This document shows positions 17,292 to 24,140 of a stretch of DNA of 32,000 nt, one piece after another (the stretch's first letter is position 1; the number at the start of each line of letters is the position of its first letter). The notes under the pieces are model-generated. The model saw only the letters and a list, made by a program, of their open reading frames with translations, had not been told where the DNA came from and did not search any database. Source of the stretch: Pyrodictium delaneyi (lineage in GTDB: Archaea > Thermoproteota > Thermoprotei_A > Sulfolobales > Pyrodictiaceae). Made by a program: the position numbers and the translations under genes. The stretch lies in contig NZ_CP013011.1 in NCBI RefSeq assembly GCF_001412615.1, positions 1,350,001 to 1,382,000 of the forward strand, in the 5' to 3' direction.

Positions 17292-19010
17292 CTAGCTTGT
17301 CTCTAGGAGGCCGTAGAGGAGCGCCTCGCTAGGCGTCACGCCAAGTTCCCTCAGCTTCTCCGTAAGCTTCTCAGGGTCGCGGATCCTCCTAACCCTAGTC
17401 CCACCCGCTCCAATCTCGACTAGGGCTACCTCGTCCAGGCTCTTAGCAGCGTCAACTACCACGGGAGAATGGGTGGCAACAATAGCTGTCGGCACGCTAC
17501 GCCTAAGCTCCTCTAGCAGCAGCTCCTGGGCGGACGCGTGAAGGCTATTCTCGAACTCGTCAACAGCCACGAGGCTAGCCCCGCTCAGCACAGCAGCCAT
17601 CACAGCCATAGTCTTCCAGGCACCCTCAGGCACAGAAGGCTGGGCAACCTCCACGTTGTCAACTACGAGTCGAAACGCTACCCTACCATCTGGCGTAGGC
17701 TCAAAGAACCCCGAGACACTGCTAGCGTTCAGCACGTCAGCAAGCACGGCGGCAACATCCTCTGGGAGACGGCCACGCCCGAGCCGGAACAGCACCGAGA
17801 GAAGGTTAGACGCGTCTTCCCTGAGCCTCCCTGCAGGCTCCAACACTTGCGGCGAACGCAGAGAACGATAATCAAGCAAACGAAGAACAGTAATACCGTC
17901 AATGAATATTCCAACCAGATATGCGGCCATAATCAATACTGCAACGATGCTCGTGGCTATACTGGATCCCAGGCTTAGGGCCAGTTTCCTAGCAACATCG
18001 CCCACAATACCCGGCAACTTGTCTACCTTCTCTTGCTTTCCTACCAGCTTGCTCATGAGACAGCTGACAAGCTGCTCAGCGAGTTTAGTGAAGTCCAGCT
18101 TATTCAGCATTACAGCAGCTATGCTCTCCCATGAGAGATGTGAAACAATAGCATCTGCTTCTTCAAAGATATCGATCGGGTAGTTTGCTTTACCGACACG
18201 GTCGAGGTAGAGATCAAGAACGCTTCTAGCTGGTATGACTCCCGCTGTAGGAGTGCCTCCGGCTAGTGTCTTCTCCTCAAGTAAGGCAACAACTTGGTCT
18301 CTAAGCTGCTCTAGCATATCATTCATCTGGATATTACATGTAGTAAGAACATCTCCAATAATTACTATGTTGTCGGCTCTTTCGGCTATTTTCGCGGCTA
18401 TAGGTAAGATATCCATAGCAATGTTTCCATGGTATACTGGAGGTCTATATGCCAATGGTTTTGCTATTTTGAGGACCACGCCTTTTGGGCTGAAAGCTAG
18501 GCAACCAGCTCCATCAACGCATACCTCGTCTTCGACTATCTGGAATTGTCCTCCTGTGCCGGATACTACAAGCCTATACTTGACCGCTCCCATACCGCCA
18601 CGTACTGCGCTCTTAACGCCTTCTGCTCCCAGCTCTTCTTCTAGGAGTTTTGCTAGTTCTTCTTTGCTACACGCGCTGCAGTCTAGGGTTATGGATATGG
18701 TTATGGGCTTGGTTTCATCGTGCATCCATACAGCGTGGCGGTATCCCCACCAGCGTAGGAACGGGTTGGCTATGCGGCCTCGGAGGTAGTCGAGGGTGTC
18801 CCGGAGGAGTAGCAGCGACTCTATGATGGCTGTTTTGCCCGAGCCGTTGGGGCCTACGAGTATCGTGAGCCTGGTTGGGAGTTCGAGCCTAGTGTCCCGT
18901 AAGGATTTGAAACCGGAGACGCGTAGCTCTGCGAGCCTGCAGCACGTGGGCTGGAGGTTCTGCACCCTTGTTCCTCCCGTGTGTCGTAGTATAGCGGCTG
19001 GCCGGGGCAT
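17292..19010 (-). CDS. SMC/ABC-type (AAA_15/AAA_21-like) ATPase of the OLD/AriA/RloA/AbiLi class, with long middle insertion
   Basis: N-terminal 'LRVSGFKSLRDTRLELPTRLTILVGPNGSGKT' (Walker A). C-terminal 'PEGAWKTMAVMAAVL' (signature-like), 'SLVAVDEFENSLH' (Walker B/D-loop) and 'VATHSP' (H-loop). About 400 residues separate Walker A from Walker B, as in OLD-family/PARIS-type ATPases. An alternative GTG start is at 18965. Confidence 0.8.
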   Translation of the reverse strand: MPRPAAILRHTGGTRVQNLQPTCCRLAELRVSGFKSLRDTRLELPTRLTILVGPNGSGKTAIIESLLLLRDTLDYLRGRIANPFLRWWGYRHAVWMHDETKPITISITLDCSACSKEELAKLLEEELGAEGVKSAVRGGMGAVKYRLVVSGTGGQFQIVEDEVCVDGAGCLAFSPKGVVLKIAKPLAYRPPVYHGNIAMDILPIAAKIAERADNIVIIGDVLTTCNIQMNDMLEQLRDQVVALLEEKTLAGGTPTAGVIPARSVLDLYLDRVGKANYPIDIFEEADAIVSHLSWESIAAVMLNKLDFTKLAEQLVSCLMSKLVGKQEKVDKLPGIVGDVARKLALSLGSSIATSIVAVLIMAAYLVGIFIDGITVLRLLDYRSLRSPQVLEPAGRLREDASNLLSVLFRLGRGRLPEDVAAVLADVLNASSVSGFFEPTPDGRVAFRLVVDNVEVAQPSVPEGAWKTMAVMAAVLSGASLVAVDEFENSLHASAQELLLEELRRSVPTAIVATHSPVVVDAAKSLDEVALVEIGAGGTRVRRIRDPEKLTEKLRELGVTPSEALLYGLLETS

Positions 19011-19067
19011 AAGCGTCTATGGCTCCTGGGCACTGGTGATGCCGGCCCCATTGCGTACTCTGCATCA

Positions 19068-19838
19068 TTGTTTGTCCGTGTTTCTTTTCTCGGTGATACC
19101 GGAGGGTGTTGTAGGCGGGCTCTCCTGGTCTTGTCTAAGCGTTTCGAACGTATGTACACCCGGCTAGCCCTGCTCGCGGAGAGAATGGGTGTCGGCGAGC
19201 TCCTCGCCCCGGTCGTGGAGAGGCTCGCTGTGCTCTATAGCCGGGGTGTGCTGGGTGCGGGGCACGTGGTGCTCGAGCTCGTCGCGGCTGGTGTGCTCGC
19301 CCGCGAGGGCTACACGGTGTCCGTGGAGGAGCCTGTTGACGGGCTAATAGTGGATGTGCTCGCCCGTATGGGTCGTGAGAGGCTCGTGGTGGAGGTCGAG
19401 ACGGGCTATACTCCGCCCCGGTGGAGCCACGCGCCCCTCGCCTACCACGCGGCCCGGCTAGCAGCGAAGACGGCCAGATACAGCCGGCTAGGCGACAGGT
19501 TCGCCCTCGCCTACCCCCTGGGCTACGCTGCGCCCATCCACCCCGCGCTGCTCGAGCCCCCGTGGCGCCGTAGCCCAGGGATGCTAGCTGAGCTGAAGAG
19601 CCTGGTTGACAGGTTCTACCAGAGGCCACCCATACCCCTAGAGGCCTTCCAGCAGGCCCACCTGGACGCGGTGCTGCTCCTCGACCCCGACAACGCCTCG
19701 GCCTACTGGGCCCCGCCGAGCCGCGCCCCCGGCCTACAAGTGCTAGTAGTACAGGCAGCGCTCTCAACGCTGACTAGCCCCGGCGGCGAGCCAGGGACAG
19801 CCAGCGTAGTGACCGCTGCAGCTGCTACACCGTCTTAG
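19068..19838 (+). CDS. Hypothetical protein with Hjc/PD-(D/E)xK nuclease-like N-terminal core
   Basis: 'GHVVLELVAAGVLAREGYTVSVEEPVDGLIVDVLARMGRERLVVEVETG' follows the E...D...E-x-K layout of Hjc-type restriction-endonuclease folds, with Thr in place of Lys. The likely true start is ATG 19152. The 3' end overlaps the convergent ATPase gene by 14 nt. Confidence 0.45.
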   Translation: MFVRVSFLGDTGGCCRRALLVLSKRFERMYTRLALLAERMGVGELLAPVVERLAVLYSRGVLGAGHVVLELVAAGVLAREGYTVSVEEPVDGLIVDVLARMGRERLVVEVETGYTPPRWSHAPLAYHAARLAAKTARYSRLGDRFALAYPLGYAAPIHPALLEPPWRRSPGMLAELKSLVDRFYQRPPIPLEAFQQAHLDAVLLLDPDNASAYWAPPSRAPGLQVLVVQAALSTLTSPGGEPGTASVVTAAAATPS

Positions 19839-21216
19839 AGGCGGCTGGCTCCACTACTCGGTGGCGGTGGAGCCACTCCAGGTCCACGGCTATGTGGTGC
19901 TCCTCCAGTATCGGCTCGTCTAGCTCCCGGGCTACCAGGACGTAGTAGTTCCGGGGCGAGGCTAGCCCTGTCTCGCCCGCCTTCTCCTCGAGCCTCGCCA
20001 GGACTCGGCGCGCATCCGAGACGCTCAGCCGGGCCCACTTAGCCTCGATGAAGGCCGTGGCTTTGCCGGGGCTCCTCACGACTAGGTCTATCTCGATTCC
20101 CCGGTGCCACCAGGGCCCAGCCTGCCGCGGCTCAACGGGCAGGATACCCCGGTCTATCATACGCGTGGCCAGCTGCGGCACGATGGTCTCCTCGAAGGCC
20201 CGTCCCATGTAGCTGTCTAGCTCCTCGAGTATTACGCGACGCGCCTTCTCCACAGCACCAGACTCTATCAGGCTCCTCAACGGGAGTATGAAGCTGAACC
20301 AGAACCTGAAGAAGTTGTCCCTGAACCGGAGCTGGACGGGCCTACGGCGGCCTAGGGGCCGCACCCTCTCCACCAGGTCCAGCTCCTCGAGGACCTCGAT
20401 GTAGCGACCGATACTCCTCGGATCGACCCCCGCAGCGTGGGCGGCCTCGCTCGGCTCCACCCTGCCCTCGGCGACAGCCCGGAGCACAGCGAGGTATGTT
20501 CGGGGCTCGCGTAGCTCCTGCCTGAGGAGCCACACCGGCTCATCGAGGAGCGGGCTACCGGGCCGCGTAGCCTCCTCCACGAGCCTCTCAGCCGAAGCAC
20601 TGGGCCCCAGGAGGGCCAGGTAGGCCGGTGTGCCCCCAGCTACCCCGTAGAGCCGGGCCGCCTCCACCGCTGTTAGTCCCGGGTTGAAGCCCCAAGCCTC
20701 CCAGAACATCATGGGGCGTAGCTTCAACTGCCCAGTACGCCGGCCATAGAGCGGCGCCTGGTACCCGAGTAGCCGCTTCTCGAAGAAGGAGACCGATGAG
20801 CCACAGAGTACCAGCACCATCTCCGAGCCCCGTAGGACGGTGTCTATGCTCCTCATGAGCCGGCTCGGCAGCGACGGGTCAGCCTCCACCAGGTACTGGA
20901 ACTCGTCGAGAACAACCACCAGCTTGTCCCCGCCCCGGTGGAGCCTGACGAGTGCCTCCAGAACCTCCACAACATCCCCAGCAACGGGGAGCCCTAGAGT
21001 ATCCCTCACCGCTAGGGAGAACTCCCGGGCAAGGTTCTCATAGGGCAACTCAGCAGCCACGTAGTAGACGCAGGGCCTACCGCGGCAGAACCAGCGCAGC
21101 AGATACGTCTTCCCGACGCGTCTCCGCCCATACACCACTAGCAGCCGGAAGCCCGGTTCACGGTACTCCCGCTCAAGCAGTCCTAGCTCCTGCTCCCGGT
21201 CAACCAGTAACTCCAC
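19825..21216 (-). CDS. Archaeal ATPase (PF01637-type AAA+) with wHTH and C-terminal DUF234 (PD-(D/E)xK-like) domain
   Basis: 'LVDREQELGLLE...LLVVYGRRRVGKTYLL' (Walker A) and 'LVVVLDEFQYL' (Walker B). The C-terminal 'WHRGIEIDLVVRSPGKATAFIEAKWA' has the D...E-x-K motif characteristic of DUF234. Confidence 0.8.
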   Translation of the reverse strand: MELLVDREQELGLLEREYREPGFRLLVVYGRRRVGKTYLLRWFCRGRPCVYYVAAELPYENLAREFSLAVRDTLGLPVAGDVVEVLEALVRLHRGGDKLVVVLDEFQYLVEADPSLPSRLMRSIDTVLRGSEMVLVLCGSSVSFFEKRLLGYQAPLYGRRTGQLKLRPMMFWEAWGFNPGLTAVEAARLYGVAGGTPAYLALLGPSASAERLVEEATRPGSPLLDEPVWLLRQELREPRTYLAVLRAVAEGRVEPSEAAHAAGVDPRSIGRYIEVLEELDLVERVRPLGRRRPVQLRFRDNFFRFWFSFILPLRSLIESGAVEKARRVILEELDSYMGRAFEETIVPQLATRMIDRGILPVEPRQAGPWWHRGIEIDLVVRSPGKATAFIEAKWARLSVSDARRVLARLEEKAGETGLASPRNYYVLVARELDEPILEEHHIAVDLEWLHRHRVVEPAASKTV

Positions 21217-21280
21217 AGTTTTCGCCCCTGGAAGCGACGCCGCGAGAGGCGCTAAAACAGCTACGACAGACCCAGGGCCA

Positions 21281-21298
21281 CCCCCCCCCCCCCCCCCC
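21281..21298. repeat. C18 homopolymer tract
   Basis: Counted directly (10 + 8 C). It lies in the 134-bp spacer between the hisB stop (21351) and the start of the ATPase-DUF234 gene (21216). Confidence 0.95.
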
Positions 21299-21350
21299 TA
21301 CATGGGTGTTACCCGTATTGCTGCGCCCAGCTCCGGAAGCAATGCATGGG

Positions 21351-21968
21351 CTAGCTCCGCGGAGGCAGTATCGCGCCCTTAGTCGACACGACCCCCTGGC
21401 TCTGGGCCAAGGCCTGCCGCAGAGCCATGCCCAGGGCCTTGAAGGCCGCCTCGGCCACGTGGTGATCGTTCTCACCGCGAAGCGTGACCACGTGCAGGGT
21501 CATACCGGCAGCGGCGGCTAGGCTCTGCATGAAGTGCGGAATATTCTCCGTGGCAAGGCCTCCGATAGACTCGCGGCGTAGAGGTAGCTCTACCCAGGCC
21601 CCAGGCCGCCCCGAGTAATCCACAGAAACGAGGACAAGCGCCTCATCCATGGGCACCACTGCGTAGCCGAATCGCGCCACCCGGTAGCCCCCTGCTGCCA
21701 CAGCCTTGGCTATAGCCTCGCCCAGCGCCAGCGCAAGATCCTCAGCCACGTGGTGATCATCTACACGCTTAACTTCCTCCACCTCGACGCGGAGCCCCCA
21801 GCCAGCATAGTAGGCAAGAGTCTCCACCATATGGTCGAGGAAGGGTACACTGGTCGATACACCGATCTCCCGCAGTTCAGAGCCATCGAGATCGACGTCT
21901 ACCCGCACTATGGTCTCCTTCGTCCGGCGCTCGACTTTTACTCTCCGAGCCAATACAGCTCGCCCCAA
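21351..21968 (-). CDS. hisB: Imidazoleglycerol-phosphate dehydratase HisB
   Basis: 'RRTKETIVRVDVDLDGS', 'VPFLDHMVETLA', 'DDHHVAEDLALALGEA', 'VPMDEALVLVSVDYSGRP' and 'GENDHHVAEAAFKALGMAL' are duplicated IGPD motifs. Confidence 0.93.
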   Translation of the reverse strand: MGRAVLARRVKVERRTKETIVRVDVDLDGSELREIGVSTSVPFLDHMVETLAYYAGWGLRVEVEEVKRVDDHHVAEDLALALGEAIAKAVAAGGYRVARFGYAVVPMDEALVLVSVDYSGRPGAWVELPLRRESIGGLATENIPHFMQSLAAAAGMTLHVVTLRGENDHHVAEAAFKALGMALRQALAQSQGVVSTKGAILPPRS

Positions 21969-22203
21969 AGTGGTTTAGGGGCTGGGCTGGTAAATAGATG
22001 CAGTGAAGCCCCAGGCTGTCGTGCAGAACATTAACTATATTAAAGATAGCTTATCTTGTAAGCCAGGTGAAACATAGCCCCTATGTTTGATATATCATTC
22101 CATTATAGAACAATATTACTATAACTTTGCTGAATGAATATAAGATACTCTAAGTCTAATACAACGTAGAGAAATGGCACAAAACTTGTAGCTGGTTAGA
22201 CCG

Positions 22204-22258
22204 ATCAAGATAGCCGCTCTATAATCAGTGCTAGTATACTCTGATACACTATCTTGAT
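22204..22258. repeat. Perfect 10-bp inverted repeat ATCAAGATAG ... CTATCTTGAT (35-nt spacer); related AAGATA-GCT-TATCTT palindrome at 22043-22057
   Basis: Read directly from the sequence, inside the 490-bp AT-rich intergenic region. Confidence 0.9.
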
Positions 22259-22457
22259 ATCTAGTTCTTTGCGCAGTGTGCATACACTATTACCTTGGTA
22301 TAGGTATAATAGTGTGTTATTTGTGTAGTTATCAGAACTTTTGAGCTAATGAACAAATTGTATACTTCAGACGTGCGCCCAGTATATAACTGGCCAATTA
22401 CAGAGTATAACCATCTGGAGAACAGGTACAAAGTCTGAAAGAGGTGCATCCTAAGCC

Positions 22458-23198
22458 ATGAACAGACTCGTATACGTGTTAATACCCGTAGTGCTAGTCG
22501 CGCTAGCAGCTGCAGGATACGTCTACCTCAAGGGCGCAGAGGCTCCGACAGCGGAGACCACTGTAGCGAGTACCACTCCACAAACCATGACGGGGCAGTC
22601 GATACCCGGAGGCCACGGCCCCGGTGCTGGAGGGGCAAGCGTCTCGACGATGGTTCAGCAGCTTCCGGCAGAGCCTCTCTCAGAGGATGAGAAGGAGAGC
22701 CTACTCTTCATGGTCGAGGAGGAGAAGCTGGCCCGCGACGTTTACAACAGGCTTGCAGAGATGTACCCTGAGGTGCAAGTGTTCGCAAATATTGCGAGGA
22801 GCGAGCAGCAGCACGTAGACTCGGTAATGCAGCTAATAGAGAAGTACGGGCTGGAGATAGATCTCGGGCAGCCCGGCGAGTTCCACAACCAGGAGCTACA
22901 GCAGCTCTACAACGAGCTAGTAGACCGCGGCTCTAAGAGCCTAGAAGAAGCACTGAAAGTGGGCGCACTGATAGAGGAGAAGGACATAGTTGACCTAAAG
23001 GACTGGCTCGCTAAGGTAGACAACGAGGACATCAAGCTAGTCTACGAGAACCTTATGCACGGCAGCTTCAACCACCTATGCGCCTTCACAAGGACGCTGA
23101 AGAACATGCTGGGCATAGACTACAAGCCAGTACTCCTCGACGAGGAGACATACAACAGCATCATATCCAGCTGCTCCATGGGCGGCCCCAAGCAGTAA
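22458..23198 (+). CDS. DUF2202 ferritin-like domain protein with N-terminal membrane anchor/signal
   Basis: N-terminal 'LVYVLIPVVLVALAAAGYVYL', then 'LSEDEKESLLFMVEEEKLARDVYNRL...FANIARSEQQHVDSV...ALKVGALIEEKDIVDL...YENLMHGSFNHLCAF', matching the DUF2202 di-iron-like helical repeats. GAGGTG is about 12 nt upstream of the ATG. Confidence 0.8.
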   Translation: MNRLVYVLIPVVLVALAAAGYVYLKGAEAPTAETTVASTTPQTMTGQSIPGGHGPGAGGASVSTMVQQLPAEPLSEDEKESLLFMVEEEKLARDVYNRLAEMYPEVQVFANIARSEQQHVDSVMQLIEKYGLEIDLGQPGEFHNQELQQLYNELVDRGSKSLEEALKVGALIEEKDIVDLKDWLAKVDNEDIKLVYENLMHGSFNHLCAFTRTLKNMLGIDYKPVLLDEETYNSIISSCSMGGPKQ

Positions 23199-23388
23199 GA
23201 AGTTGGAGAGTGTGGGGACACGAGGCATCCATATTATTATTATTTTGGCTTAGTGCTACCCTTTGTCGTGTCTTCATTAATACCTCTTGGCTACAGTCGG
23301 CTATAGTGTAGACACCGAGCCTTAGTCTCTAAAACACCCAAGACTATTGGCTCGTATCTAGATCCTTTCCTAGGTCTCGCTCTAGCGT

Positions 23389-24138
23389 CTATTCTAGCAT
23401 GCCTAGTGGGTTGAGCCGCCAGGTGTAGAGGGCCATGCCTGCTACTGCTTCGTCGTAGCCTAGTGCTGCGAGGAGCTCTAGGTCCCGTGGGCTTGCTATG
23501 CCTCCGCTGTATGCTAGCCTTGGTGCACCTGCCTCCCGGGCTAGCCGGGCTAGCCTTGCCGCGCGGTGGATGTCTACGCCGCGTAGCTCGCCTTCGTGGA
23601 AGACCTGGGTGTAGAATATACCCCAGATGCCCCGGGTTCCGGCTGCCAGCTTCACGGCCTCGGCTAGGGTCATCGGCTCCCGTGCTCTCCACGCGCTGGT
23701 CGCGGGCAGCGCCTCCCAGGACTCCTCGACGGCTGGTACTACTATGCCTGGGCCGAGCGCTGCCACAGCCTCTTCTAGGAACTCGGGGCGGCGGAGCCAC
23801 GCGCTAGCCACTACTAGGCGGTCGGCGCCCGCGCTGTGAGCCTCCTCTAGGGCCTCTATGGTGCGGAGCCCGCCGCCGAGCTGGATCGTGACCCCTGTCT
23901 CCCTCTTGGCCCATTTGACCAGGTCTAGGACGCAGCTGCTGGGCTTGCCCCTGGCCGCGCCGTCTAGGTCGACTATGTGGAGGGTCCTGGCGCCCAGCGT
24001 GTGCCAGAGCGCTACGAGGCGCCTGGGGTCTCCGAGGCGTAGCCCGGTGCCGGGAACCCCGCGGACCAGCTTGACGGCCTCGCAGCCGGCTACGTCTATG
24101 CTGGGTACGAGCCGGGGCCTGGAGAGCGGGCAGGGCAT
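23389..24138 (-). CDS. hisA: ProFAR isomerase HisA
   Basis: 'LVPSIDVAGCEAVKLVRG', 'LHIVDLDGAARGKP', 'IQLGGGLRT' and 'LAYSGGIAS' are HisA (beta/alpha)8 phosphate-binding motifs. The start is 3 nt after the hisG stop. Confidence 0.9.
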   Translation of the reverse strand: MPCPLSRPRLVPSIDVAGCEAVKLVRGVPGTGLRLGDPRRLVALWHTLGARTLHIVDLDGAARGKPSSCVLDLVKWAKRETGVTIQLGGGLRTIEALEEAHSAGADRLVVASAWLRRPEFLEEAVAALGPGIVVPAVEESWEALPATSAWRAREPMTLAEAVKLAAGTRGIWGIFYTQVFHEGELRGVDIHRAARLARLAREAGAPRLAYSGGIASPRDLELLAALGYDEAVAGMALYTWRLNPLGMLE

Positions 24139-24140
24139 GG

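Noticed and set aside
17538-19167. + strand ORFs inside the ATPase gene (17538..17978, 17902..18183, 18235..18789, 18796..19167) and the minus-strand ORFs 17729..17914 and 18854..19159.
   Set aside because: They overlap (antisense or alternate frame) a gene with clear Walker A/B and H-loop motifs, and their translations are Ser/Thr/Pro-rich with no motifs.
19135-19767. 210-aa minus-strand ORF antisense to the Hjc-like gene.
   Set aside because: It is extremely Arg/Gly/Pro/Ala-rich with no motifs, whereas the + frame has a nuclease-like core. The choice between the two frames is still the weakest CDS call in the window.
16711-21350. Calling the defence-like block a bona fide mobile element or integrated element.
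   Set aside because: No integrase or transposase, no tRNA target, and no direct or inverted terminal repeats were found by eye at the borders (16711-16758 versus 21217-21350). It is reported only as an interruption or island.
20952-21521. ORFs 20952..21521 (+) and 21200..21475 (-) spanning the C18 tract.
   Set aside because: They read through the homopolymer (giving poly-Pro/poly-Gly) and overlap hisB and the ATPase gene, so they are artefacts.
22261-22449. 62-aa minus-strand ORF in the AT-rich region.
   Set aside because: It is an AT-rich, Tyr/Ile/Leu-rich translation with no ribosome-binding or promoter context, and it overlaps the palindromes. It is more likely non-coding.
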